Part shown: positions 1-12,249 of the stretch, in pieces
Numbering within the stretch: the first letter of the stretch is position 1
Layout: every line of letters begins with the position of its first letter
Origin: Octopus sinensis
Taxonomy: Eukaryota
DNA length: 64,000 nt
Assembly: GCF_006345805.1 (NCBI RefSeq)
Contig: NC_042997.1
Span: 162,936,001-163,000,000 of the forward strand
Reading direction: 5' to 3'
Program-made: the position numbers and the translations under genes
The notes under the pieces: model-generated
Seen by the model: the letters and a program-made list of their open reading frames with translations, nothing else
What the model was told of the DNA's origin: nothing
The model's database searches: none

Positions 1-4
1 CTTG

Positions 5-45
<41 letters not shown>

Positions 46-48
46 GAG

Positions 49-590
49 TGAGCGAGCAGAGCATGCCACCAAAGTGACACTGGGGTAAAATATACGAAGC
101 CCAGTATACCCATCATGACTACCCGTCTGATAAGGGTACACCAGGCACATGCATCACAACCATATGTGCGCGACATGGTGATCTCATATCAAGATAAACA
201 GCACATGACCTTGCAGTGGAGCCCAGTTAGAATTTTCTTCAGATCGAGTAACCCATCCCGCTCAAAAGGTCCCTGAATAGGGTTGTTTAAGGACGTTGAA
301 CGAAACACCCATGTTTCCAGAGGTGAATTATTCAAACCCCAAAGAATCCTTCTCAACACATGGCTATGATGCTCCCCCACTACTTCTGCTCGTGATCAGA
401 GATGCACATATCGTCAGCCACTAAGGGACATGCTCAACTGGTTAAGGTCAAACAACTGACAAGCAAATCTGTGGTATTGAGCAGAATATTTGCTGTAGCC
501 CATCTTTTATACCAAGACAAAACAATGTACATGATAACACTTCCAATCAGTTAAGATCAGAAGCCATGAGAGCCACTGCCTGGTACTGCT
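49..590 (-). mobile_element. About 540-bp non-coding interspersed element embedded in a (TAA)n microsatellite
   Basis: Complex-sequence block flanked on both sides by (ATT)n tracts, with no credible ORF. Orientation inferred from the TAA-sense rule of Dong/R4 elements. Confidence 0.6.
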
Positions 591-591
591 A

Positions 592-639
<48 letters not shown>

Positions 640-644
<5 letters not shown>

Positions 645-860
645 CGTTTTGTTGGAACTCCTAGAGTCTTGCATGCGTAGTGGGCTTGCTGCCTACAAAC
701 TACGGTACCATTCTATCAGTTCTTTTCAACTGTCTAATACTTTCCTGATTATTCTGACAATGCCAAGGAAGCAAACCTTTTGTAACAGTTCTACTGGACA
801 CTCTAATCCGATTTCCTTTATCTTCTTCTTGATGTCTTTTGATACTGTCCCCAAGGACCC
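640..860 (-). mobile_element. Dong/R4-clade non-LTR retrotransposon 3' end (restriction-like endonuclease C-terminus plus 3' UTR) ending in (TAA)n
   Basis: Minus frame 860-726 reads GSLGTVSKDIKKKIKEIGLECPVELLQKVCFLGIVRIIRKVLDS*, the typical R4/Dong C-terminal pattern (G.LG.V...LQK..LLG..RI.RKVL). It abuts the AAT tract. Confidence 0.8.
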
Positions 861-1433
861 ATATTATTATCATCATCATCATCATCATCATCAGTAGTAG
901 TAGTAGTAGTAGAGGCAGTATACACATACGACGACCTTCCATACAGTTTCTGTCTACCGAATTCACACACAAGATATTAATTGGCCCAAGGCTTTAGTAG
1001 AAGACACTTACCAAAGGTGCCGCGCAGAGGTACTGAACCCGATACCACATGGCTGCAAAGTAAATTTCTTAACCACACCGCCATTCTTGCACCTGGTGTG
1101 AGAAAATTACTAACAACCAACTGATATGCTAATTAGTCAAAGCCAAGTGTATCAGTATACTAAAAAGATACGTTCCAATTTTAGTGAAAGTTAGTAAAAC
1201 CGCTAGTCACATGACTGATTCCAAGCAGGCGTGGAAGTCTGTACAAGAGTGTTGATTGAGCCCTAAGAATAATTCCCTCCTTCTAGAAATATTTGCCCAT
1301 TGTTTCTCCTTTTTCTTCCTTTCTTTCTTCCTCTTTATTTTTATTTTATTTTTTTGCCTTTTGTTTTTGTTTCGTTTTCCTTTTTGTGCATGCTGACAGT
1401 TTTTATATATATTTATATATGTATGTATGTATA

Positions 1434-1504
<71 letters not shown>

Positions 1505-1760
1505 GCACACACATATCTTTATTTCATCTTCTTGTGACTTTCTCTTTCTCTTACTTTCACTTTCATATTGCATTTTATCGTGTGTGTGTGGTGTGTGTGT
1601 GTGTGTGTTTATTTTTGTTCGTTTTCTTCATCAGCGTTCGCATGGGAGGAGAATGAACTAGAAAAATGGATACCGTTCTCTTTTGATTCTTTCGCAGCTA
1701 ATTAAGAACTTGGCGGAGATAATTTTTTTCTTTCCATATTCTTTATCATTATTATTATTA

Positions 1761-1807
<47 letters not shown>

Positions 1808-2231
1808 TTATTATTATCATTATTGTTATCATTAGTATTAATGTCTATTTTCTTGAAATATTTCAAGGATTGTTTCAAAACCCTTATTTTAATGATGTTC
1901 AACATTCCAAATATTGCAACTATGTTACAACTGGAAAAAGAGAATTTTTAAGACGTGTCTTCTGCTTTCTTCTTGTATTTTTGATTGCTGTTTTCTATAT
2001 TTCATTTTTATTTTATTTTATTTTATTTTTATAATCATTTCTTCTCTTTCCTTTCTATTTTGATTGCATTCGTCCCAGATTTTTCAAAAATCTGCCTCTA
2101 TTTTCTCACAAGAAATGTTCCACCCTCAGCGTAGATTGCAGCGTGACACTGAAGGTAATCAACCAATCAAAATCTTTTGCATATGGATATCGATTTCTTT
2201 TGGTGAAATACATTTGTATATAGAAATACAT

Positions 2232-2332
<101 letters not shown>

Positions 2333-2463
2333 GTACGTATATATACATATATAAATATGTATATATAAATGTTTAAATATATGTTTAAATATATGTGTAT
2401 GTATAAATAAATAAATAGATATTAATATATATATATATATATATATATACGCATATAGAGTGA

Positions 2464-2559
<96 letters not shown>

Positions 2560-2952
2560 TTGTGTTACTGTACTCATCTTGCCATCAACGATCTTTTGCA
2601 TAAGTTTGTTTCCATTATTTTCGTTTGTCGTTACAATATTGCAATATCTGTTACAATATCTGACATTATGATATCAAACTCTCTGGCTTGCCACAGACTT
2701 CTCTATAAGAAAAACAGCGTAGATTATTCCGGCTGGCCACTTCAACGAAGGTAAATAACAAGAGAGTAAGCAACAACAACGGTTTTCCTAAGATTCTTAA
2801 GCTTTAGTTGTCTTTATTATTGAAATGACAGGTTGAGACACTACTCTATACTAGAATCTAAACACTAATGGAAGCACTAACAAGAAATACTATTAGACAC
2901 AATACACAGTGAAGTTTTTGCTCGTATAATGAAAATTATAATCTTCATTATA

Positions 2953-3490
2953 CGAGGGTAATCCCAAAAGTAATGTCTCCAAAAATATTTAGAAATCACA
3001 GAAACGTTTATTGTCAATGATGTTTACATCATTTAAAAGTTTGAACATTTATCCATTTTTCTATATAATAGCCATTTCGGTCGATGCATTTTTGTAGGCG
3101 CTGGGGCAGGTTCTGTATACCCATGTCATACCAGCTCACCGCTATGTCGTTGGGGAAGCGTTGAACTTCATCTTTCACCACATCGTCGTTGGTTGCTGAA
3201 GCACGTTCCGGTCAAATGTTCTTTCAACTTAGGGAACAGGTGGTAGTCACTGGGTGCCTAGTCCGGACTATAAGGTGGGTTGCCGTTTATGTCTTCTGTG
3301 AGCATTCGTGGGACCCATCTTGTGCACACCTTCCGATATTGCAACTTTTTACTCAAAACCTTATGAATGGTGCTTCGGGAAACCTCAGAAACCAAAATGC
3401 AGAAATCATCTAGTGTGATCCGCCGATTTTCACGCAGGATCTGCTCAACCTTTGTGACTGTCTCGTCGGAAACTGATAGTCACCCGCTTT
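2953..3490 (-). mobile_element. Mariner DNA transposon remnant, internally deleted
   Basis: TA-CGAGGG terminus at 2951-2958. Minus translation has RWVPRMLT joined almost directly to PPYSPD*APSDYHLFPKLK, so the catalytic core is missing. Confidence 0.88.
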
Positions 3491-3504
3491 TTTCTTCATC
3501 AGAA

Positions 3505-3665
3505 TTTCAGCACTGTCCAAATGATGTTGGCATCACCTTCAAAATACACCCAAAACTTGGACTCCGTGCCATCCGTCCACAACAAAAATCTAAATCGCAT
3601 CTCATAACAACAATACGGAACGATTATTTCACCTCAATTGGCCCCGCTCTCTTCAACATTACACC
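3505..3665 (+). mobile_element. CR1/L2-type LINE ORF2 C-terminal fragment
   Basis: HCPNDVGITFKIHPKLGLRAIRP...TIRNDYFTSIGPALFNI, the post-RT motif also seen at about 13.1-13.2 kb. Confidence 0.65.
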
Positions 3666-3670
3666 AGTAT

Positions 3671-3740
<70 letters not shown>

Positions 3741-3994
3741 TGTGTGTGTGTATATATATACTTGAAATTAACAGAAAAACAAAAGACGAAGACAGATGTA
3801 TAAACAACATGTAGGTGTATTAGTTTGACGCTCGGGAAGGTGAGAAAGTCCTTTACGTTTCGAACCTACGCTTTTCAACAGAAAGGAACACAAAGAAATA
3901 AACAGACAGAGAATAAAAAATTCTTAGAGTTAGCATTCAATCAATCAATATATATATATATTATATATATATATATATTATATATATATATATA

Positions 3995-5873
3995 CTGTTG
4001 GGTGGCCACAGCTGGGAGCAGTAATCCAGGCGGCTGAGGACAAATATCTCCATAGGACCATCATGGTTTCCTTATCTCTGGTTCTGAATGTTCTCAGAAT
4101 CCAGCCAGCCAGCCAGCCGTCTGCACTTTGCCGCCATCCTGGTAATATGCACTTGGAAAGAGGTATCATCACTTATGTCGATACCCAGGTCCCTCACTGA
4201 TTTAGGCTCTGAGATTGAAATTCCCTGTGGACCAGTGTACCCTGTAAGTTTCATATTCAATTTTGGACGCTAATAGCGCAGGGCTTGGAATTTTTCAGCA
4301 TTAAACTGCTTATTGTTATCCTCTGCCCATCAGTAAATTGAGTCCAACTCTTGCTGCAGATGTGCGACATCGCTGGGGTTCTGTAGTTTCTGCAAAATTT
4401 TCGCATCGTCTGCGTAGCTAGCAAGGGTGGCTATCCGGACTGTTGAGAGCATATCTGAGAGGGCCACTATGAAAAGCAGTGGTACCAAGACAGTGCCCTG
4501 TGGATCACCGCTCACTATTTGTATTTTCATTGAGGTGGCTCCATTGCCCACTACTGCCTGACTTCTATCTTTCAGAAAGTCATGTAACCAGTCTCAAGTT
4601 TTCCAGCTAATCCAGTCTGCCGTTTGCAAGAAAGCTCTGGAAGAGAATCTGGAAGGTTTTGCCAGGGTACGCTTACATGATTTGAGAAGGATTGCTGGGA
4701 AACCATCAGGACCAGTAGTTGTGTTTGCGTCCTCTTCATCTATGGCTAGTAGTATATCTTCTTCGCTAATGACGATGTATTCCATCGTAACTGCTTCGCT
4801 GGTTATAGGTGAGGCGGCAAAGAAGTCCACTGGTTCGTTCACTTGTCTGTGTCCCAACGGGGTGATAAAGACACTTTTGAACTGGTCATTCAGTACTTCA
4901 CTGATCCTAGTTGGACTGTCTGTGAGGAAGCCATCCTTTTTGGAAGAGGGGTCCTATCTTGCAGCGTATTGAGGCTGTTACTTTCGCGTAATGAAAGAAT
5001 GCCTTTGGGTTTGACTTAATGTTTGTTTTTTTTATAAAAGGCTTCTTTGTCTACTCCCTCCCTCACATAGGATTGTTGCAGCCTTTTTTCAATCTCCATC
5101 AGTGTTGTTTTTAGGCGGGAAACTTTCGCTACTTTTTTCAATCTCCATCAGTGTTATTTTTAGGCGGGACCTTTCGCTATGTTGGTTGAATCGATTTGCA
5201 ACCTTCGTCTGTCGTCTCATGAGGATCTTCCTCTCCCTTGGAATCTTGTTCGTATTTGTTTTGGCCTTGTGCTCTGGGACATATTTCTGGCATATGGCTT
5301 GCACAACAGACATGAAACATTCTAGTTTCATGGCAATATCTGATGTGGAGAGACATTTCGACCAGTCCTCTCTGAGGATCTCTTTTTGGACCGATTTCTA
5401 GTATGCTTTGTGGAAGTTCAGATTGGATAGATTTCGGGTGCTTCCTTTAGGCTGTATGTCTCTGGTCACTTTCGACCCAAACCATAGACAGCTCTATTAT
5501 GTTGTGATCCGAGACTAATCGGAGTCACTTTCACATCATGAATGATGTCCATATTGTTCGTGAAGCAGAGATCAAAAATGTTATTCGCCCTTGTTGGCTT
5601 GATTACAACTTGCTCCATGAATAGGGCATTGATGAGGTTGAGTAGGGATTCCACCTGTGCTTGCTTGCAATGATTCATTCCTGACAGCATGAGGCCTTCG
5701 GGCCATTTGACATTGAGGAAGTAGAAACCACCCATAAGAAATATGATCATGTGGTGTTCCATTTTCATGAGCATTTCTTTAATTCTTGTGAGGCAATCTT
5801 CAAACTTGCCTATGTGGTTTGGAGCATCCAGTGGGCAATACGTATTGCATATGACTATATTGTGTTGTCAATA
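3995..5873 (-). mobile_element. CR1/L2 (Jockey-group) LINE ORF2 pseudogene: endonuclease end to reverse transcriptase
   Basis: Frameshifted pieces include VSGDPQGTVLVPLLF, SYADDAK, VRDLGIDISDD, TTTGPDGFPAILLK and PTRANNIFDLCFTN. Confidence 0.92.
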
Positions 5874-6519
5874 TCTATAATTCTGAAATGAGAAAGTTTG
5901 TTTGTCTGGTTTGGGGATTGGAACGGGTTAAAGGGCACTAGATCACGTCGGATTGACTCCAAAATTTACAAGGACATGTAAAATGAGGTGAGGATGTGAG
6001 TGGGCTAGATTAGAAATCCCTATCTTAAAAGGTGTGGTTACTGGGGCAAAAAACGCACACTTTGACAAGTCTTCTCATTCTCTGCCTGTCTTCCTCCGTC
6101 TCTCTCTCTCTTTCCTCCCTTCCTTTCACATTCTCTCTATAACGTCGTTTGACAGCGTCTACTATCTTTCCCCCGCCGCCTTCGCAAGCGCTATCACACT
6201 CTCTCTCTCTCTCTCTCTTTTTCTCTCTCTTTCTCTCTCTCTTTCTCTCTCTCTCTTTCTCTCTCTCTCTTTCCCTCTCTTTCTATCTCTCTCTCTCTCT
6301 TTCTCTTTCTCTCTCTCTCTTTCCCTCTCTCTCTATCTCTCTCTCTCTCTACGTCTGTCTGCATTCATAGAGAGAATTATCATCGCCACCACAACCACCA
6401 CCACACAATCATGAGAAGAAATATTATGAATCAGATATTTATTGGGTTAATTTATATATATGTGTGTGTGTTCTATATATAAATATGTATATATAATGTA
6501 TATATACAAAGTGTATATA

Positions 6520-6558
<39 letters not shown>

Positions 6559-6594
6559 ATATATAATTTTTATACATTTGTATATATAATGCAT

Positions 6595-6645
<51 letters not shown>

Positions 6646-7525
6646 ATAATGCGTATATATGTACATATATATATTCAATGTGTATATATATATAATATGC
6701 ACACCTATGTTAAAAGTGCTGGCGAGTTTGCATGGCAACTATTTTTTTCCTCAAATGAAAGTCGTGACCTCTAGAACAAAATTCCTCATCTTATAAAATG
6801 TGGCCCGAGTAGACCCGAATGAAATCAGGTTATATTAACCAAATTATGAAAAGAGGTCTAAAATTTACAGGAGCGGGTGTTTAGGAATTCTCTGTTATGT
6901 CAAGCTAAAAAGTTTGCGCCAGCCTTTAAATCGTCAATGTGTTGCCGTCCATGATGAAGAAGTTTTGAATGCTTGCCATGGGGAGTCTACTGTCGTGAGA
7001 AAGAATCACTTCAAAACTTGATATTTAGGAATTTTCTTTTACATCAAGTTCAAAATTTTACGCCAGCCGTTAAACTGCCACTACGTTGCTGTCCGTCGTT
7101 AAGAAATGCCAGCCATGGTGACTCTGCTATCCTCAGATTCTATCCCTTCAAACTTTGGTTTCCAATATTTTTTTTTTATTCAGCTCGCAAGTTCGTCTGT
7201 TCCTTTTAAATGTTAGTGTTTTGCTGTCTTCTTTGAAGCAGACCTTTCCGTTGTCACTGCCTGATATTTATGATTGATCTTTCTAAATATTTTCTTTCTC
7301 AACTTACTCAAGATCTTTTGTAGTTTATAAATGGGAGAGAGATAGCTAGAGAAAGATAGAGATTAAGAGAAAGCGAGGGAGAGTCCGAGAGAAATGAAGA
7401 GAATGAGAGTGGGAAAGTGAGAGAGAAACAAAGAGGGAGAATGTGGTGATAAAAAACAGAAAGGAAGCAACAGAAAGTAACAATCACACTCTTACCCGCG
7501 CGTAAAGCGGGTCACCTTAAGCTAG
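5874..7525 (+). mobile_element. Non-autonomous Helitron (about 1.65 kb) inserted into the LINE endonuclease
   Basis: 5' A|TCTATAAT at 5873/5874. The 3' hairpin ACCCGC..GCGGGT (7494-7512) is followed by CTAG|T (7522-7526). No TSD; LINE sequence resumes on both sides. Confidence 0.85.
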
Positions 7526-8820
7526 TCTTATGTATACAATTAGAGTATCACATACTTAATTTGAGTATGACAGTAAGATCTGAGGTGTGAGGTCATCATA
7601 GATGTATACAGCAACTCTACCATGGCTCCTTTCCCTTCTGTCTGTTCGCAGTATGGCATATTTTGGTACGTGTACTTCTGCATCCTCTATATCAAGGCTG
7701 ACGTGAGTTTCCACGAGTGCTATGCATAGGGCTTGATTGCACGCAGCAAGGTCTCTCAGGAAAGAATTTTTGCTTTTATTATGATGCAACAGGCCCCCAA
7801 TATTTAGTTAAAATATTGTCGTGACGACTGTGCAGGCGTCAGGGGAGGCCACCCCATGTCTGTTGACTGTGGTTGTCTTGCACAGTGGTGAGCAAGGTTC
7901 CTTGTTTGCGCTTGGTGTAGCCAGGTCAGCTGCTACACAATCTTTTGCGCCATGTACAAAAAGGACTCTTGCTCAGCTGATGCCTTGCATATGACTCCTG
8001 AAGAGCGCACTTCTTTTGTAAATTTTTTCCTTTGAGACGTTTGTTATCTTTCCTCATGGAAGTTTTTCTCCTTAAGTCTCCCGTAGTTTTGGCGGGGTGT
8101 CAGATGGGCAAACCGGCGGTTTTTGCCGTCTTCCTTATGCCAACATTTGCCTTGCAGGTAAAATCTGCAGGTCCTTGAGTGCCTTCCAAATTTCTTCTTT
8201 CCTGTAGGGTTTTGGATGGCATTGGATCCTCCATGGGGTTTTCTGTTTCTTATTTGGTGGGTTGGGGTTTCGGTTTTGGTTGTTTTATTTTTGCCTTTTC
8301 CTTTTTCTTCCTTTTCATCTTTATGTTTCTATTCGGGTTCTGTCCTTCCTTTTCTTGTGGTGGGAACTTTTCCTCTGGTTGTCCAATGAGGTTAGGGCTC
8401 CGTTCCTTTGTAGGACCACTGGCATAAAGGTGCTTTTAGTTGCTGCTTCCTTGGCTCCCCAATCCTTTTCTGCCTGGTCGTTCACAGGGGTGGAGGATCC
8501 ATTCTTTTGAGGAACCACTGGATCAAAGAGATTTCCGGGTTTTGTTTCCTTTTCTTTTTCTCTATCCTTATCAGCCTTGCCACAATAGTTTTCCATTATG
8601 ACATCCAGTATATCATTGTGTGGTCTGATAAGCAAATAGCATCGAATGAATTCATTTTTCTTCCGCTCTATCTGATCAATGGTTCAACAAAAGACATTGT
8701 TTTTCAGTGCAGCAGTGATGATGTTTGGCGGATCGCCGCTAGCAATCATACATGCTCGCAACAGAAGATTCAATTCTTATTTCTCCCACTTTGATGCCAT
8801 CCTCGTATTTTTTTGGCCCA
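7526..8820 (-). mobile_element. 5' part of the same LINE: ORF1 with CCCH zinc-finger remnants and ORF2 APE endonuclease start
   Basis: CIALVETHV...DAEVHVPKYAILRTDRRERSHGRVAVYI (APE). Upstream, CRFYLQGKCWHKEDGKN(R)RFAH is a degenerate CCCH finger. Confidence 0.85.
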
Positions 8821-8829
8821 GAGAGGACT

Positions 8830-9480
8830 AGAAGATAGAGAGGAAGTGAGAGATAGAGGGAGGTAGAAAAGAAGAAACACAGAGGGGGAATAGGGAAAGA
8901 GAGAGGGTGACATGAAGGAAAGAGAGAGGTGCTATGAAAAAAGAGAGAGTGTGATATGAGGAAAGAGAGAGGGGTGGGGTGTTAGCGAGACAGAGGGAGG
9001 TAGAGGAGGGGGAGAGAAATAGAGACAGAAAGGGGATGGAAGAGAAAGAGAGACAGAGTGGAGGAGAAGAGAAAGAGAGACAGAGAGAGGGAGAGGATGC
9101 GAAAAAATAGGGAACAGAGTGAGGAAGAGACAGGAAAGGATGAGGGATGTGAGAGAAAGGGAGAAACGGAGTGAGAAGAGGAGGAAATGAAAAGTATATG
9201 AGGGAGAGGGTGAGATGACAGGAGGAGAGATAGATGTTTAGAGAGACAAAGGAAGGGAAGAAGTGAGAAAAGAGGAAGGTATGAAAGGGAGGGAAAGAGA
9301 TGAGAAAAAGAGTAAGATATGGAAGAGAGAGGGAAAGAGGTAGGTGTAAAGAGAGATAAAGGAAGGGAGAGAGAAGCGGGAAAGGGATGAATATATGTAA
9401 GGGAAGGAGAGAGAAAGAGGAAGGTATGAAAGAGAAAGTGGGAGAAAGTTACGAAGATGTGTAGGAAAAAGAAAAACAGA
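8830..9480. repeat. Polypurine (GA-rich) low-complexity tract
   Basis: About 650 nt of almost only G/A on the plus strand. Confidence 0.9.
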
Positions 9481-9639
9481 ATTTTTTAAATTTTAATTAG
9501 GATTTATAATTCTAAATAATTCTAAAGAAAGAAAGTGAAGAAAGAAACTATAGTGAAAGGAAGGGGCTTAGTAATGATTTCTATTTTTCAAATAGAATGA
9601 AAACGAAGAGGTCACTATAAGGGTTTGCCCCAACAGTTA

Positions 9640-9749
9640 TTTTTTAAGCCTGGCACTTATTGTATCGATCGCCTATGTCCAACCACTAAGTTACAGGAAC
9701 ATAAACAAAACACCACCGGTTGTCAAGCGGCGGTGGTAGTGGACAAGCA

Positions 9750-9789
<40 letters not shown>

Positions 9790-9950
9790 AACACACACGT
9801 ATATACACAACGTGCCTCCTCACAGCTTCCGTCTACCAAATTCACTCATAAGGCATTGGTTGGCCCGAAGCTACAATAGCCGTCATATGTTCAAGGTGTC
9901 GGACAGTGGAACTGAACTCGAAACCACGTGGGGGCCTAGCGAGCTTCTAA
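9640..9950 (-). mobile_element. SINE family A copy (tRNA head plus CORE-like GTGGCACCTTGGGCAAGTG segment), degenerate
   Basis: Similar to the copies at 18908-19380 and 41086-41475. Confidence 0.8.
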
Positions 9951-10219
9951 GTCATAAAAATATGAATGCAAAGACGGCAGTTAGATTAAGAGTTCACTTT
10001 ACACTCATAATGTCGCGAGTTCGATCTCAGACAAGTGTCTTTACCACCGCCTCGGGTTATTTCAAGACTTGTGAGTGAAATTAAATTGACAAAGCTGTAC
10101 GGAAGCTCGTGAGATGGACTACATCAGTAATCAACAGGCCCAGTCTTCTCATATACTGTATGACACTAATTCGATTTTCGAATAACGTTAAAATGTCTTA
10201 TTGACGAATTTCATTTCTT

Positions 10220-10310
10220 CATTTTCATGAAGAGAAGATTACATTGTTTTGCACCATTTTATTCCTTTGGAATAATTCCAGTGATATCTTCGAAACATGT
10301 GTCGGAAGTA
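10220..10310 (+). ncRNA. Penelope-type hammerhead ribozyme motif (type I), core C3 mutated
   Basis: ATGAAGA-GAAGAT...ATCTTC-GAAAC-ATGT-GTC. Perfect 6-bp stem II, near-palindromic stem III, GUC triplet. Confidence 0.6.
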
Positions 10311-10345
10311 AAAGAATTTGAATAACACCTGCGGTTTAACTCCAT

Positions 10346-10397
<52 letters not shown>

Positions 10398-10465
10398 ATA
10401 TATATATATATATAAAATTTATGAATAAATGAAAGAATGGAGTTGAACGACAAATTAACAAATTT

Positions 10466-10560
10466 CCTTTATTTTCGACATATGTTTCGAAGGCTGCATA
10501 TTCCTAATTGTGGAGGAATAAGGAGTACATTATGCCGCTTTCTCATCAGGAAAAACAAGG
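10466..10560 (-). ncRNA. Penelope-type hammerhead ribozyme (type I), intact core
   Basis: Minus strand: ccttgtttttc-CTGATGA-gaaagc...gccttc-GAAAC-ATAT-GTC^gaaaataaagg. Stem I 9/11 paired, stem II 5/6, palindromic stem III. Confidence 0.8.
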
Positions 10561-10639
10561 AATTTATGTCAACATCAAGATTCACAGAAACTTTATCCAT
10601 AACGAATTATCCATAAAAAAATATTTCATTTTTCTACTC

Positions 10640-10645
10640 AAATAT

Positions 10646-10706
<61 letters not shown>

Positions 10707-11021
10707 TCCGATAATCACCAAATCATCCTAAGGATGTTTATTAAATGAAACGAGATAAATGCAAATTTACTTCGAAATAACAAACTGAAACAGCTGCAAA
10801 TGTTCTTGAACTGCAACTAAACTATGACCTTCTAATACCGATGATCAACTAATTGTTAATTGTTGCTTCATTTCCTTATATGAATAAATTACACCACGGT
10901 TTTACCATTTGAATTACCAACTACTGTTAACCTTATAGCAAGGTATACACATATTGAGACAATACAACAGTAGTGCCTACAGATACATTATCCCTTAGAC
11001 GGTTGCATAACATCTAACACA

Positions 11022-11074
<53 letters not shown>

Positions 11075-11114
11075 ATATATATATATATTATATATATATA
11101 TACATTATTTATAT

Positions 11115-11148
<34 letters not shown>

Positions 11149-11250
11149 TATTTATATTATTATTATTATTATATATATATATCATTACGTTAAAAAAATA
11201 TATATATTATTTATATGATATATATTTATATTATTTATATTACTATATGT

Positions 11251-11294
<44 letters not shown>

Positions 11295-11770
11295 ATACAT
11301 TATTTATATTATATATATATATATTATTTATATTACAATGAATATATATATACATAGTAATATAAATAATATATAATATAGATAATATATGTATATATAT
11401 AATATAAAATATGCATATATATATATAATATAAATTATATGTATATATATATAATATAAATTATATATATACTAATATAAATAATATATAATATAAATAA
11501 TATATGTCTATATATAACATAAATAATATATGTATATATATCATAAATAATAAAGGTATATATATATTATAAATAATAAATGTATATATGTTTATGTATA
11601 TAAATAGTAATATAAATAATATACACACACATATTATTTATATTATATTTATATACACATATGCTATTTATATCATTATATATATTTATAAATTAAATCA
11701 TTATATGTAAATTTATATATATATGTATATATATGCATGTATGTGAGTATATATGTTTGCGTATATACAT
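10640..11770. repeat. Degenerate (TA)n / AT-only low-complexity tract
   Basis: Long TA and TAA runs with short interruptions. Confidence 0.9.
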
Positions 11771-11773
11771 ATA

Positions 11774-12006
11774 TATTTCTTTACTACCCACAAGGGGCTA
11801 AACACAGAGGGGACAAACAAGGACAGACAAAGGGATTAAGTCGACTACATCGACCCCAGTGCGTAACTGGTACTTGATTTATCGACCCCGAAAGGATGAA
11901 AGGCAAAGTCGACCTCGGCGGAATTTGAACTCGGAACGTAACGACAGACGAAATACGGCTACGAATTTCGCCCGGCGTGCTAACGTTTCTACCAGCTCGC
12001 CGCCTT
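11774..12006 (-). mobile_element. SINE family B monomer (head GTAAGGCGGCGAGCTGGCAGAA..., body GCCTTTCATCCTTTCGGGGTCGATAAA, tail ...AAAGAAATA)
   Basis: A-box/B-box tRNA-like head; single-copy form of the unit arrayed at 19.7-20.9 kb. Confidence 0.9.
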
Positions 12007-12058
12007 TTGCGTATATACATATATATAGGTGTGTGTGTGTGTGTGAATATATATATAG

Positions 12059-12135
<77 letters not shown>

Positions 12136-12249
12136 TGCGTGCGTGCGTGCGTGCGTGAAAATGTGTATGCGTGTGTGTGTATATGACTGAGTGTCGAAGC
12201 AGTTGTTCAGTAACTCAAATGTGGACGTAATATACCTTGACTATGCAAA

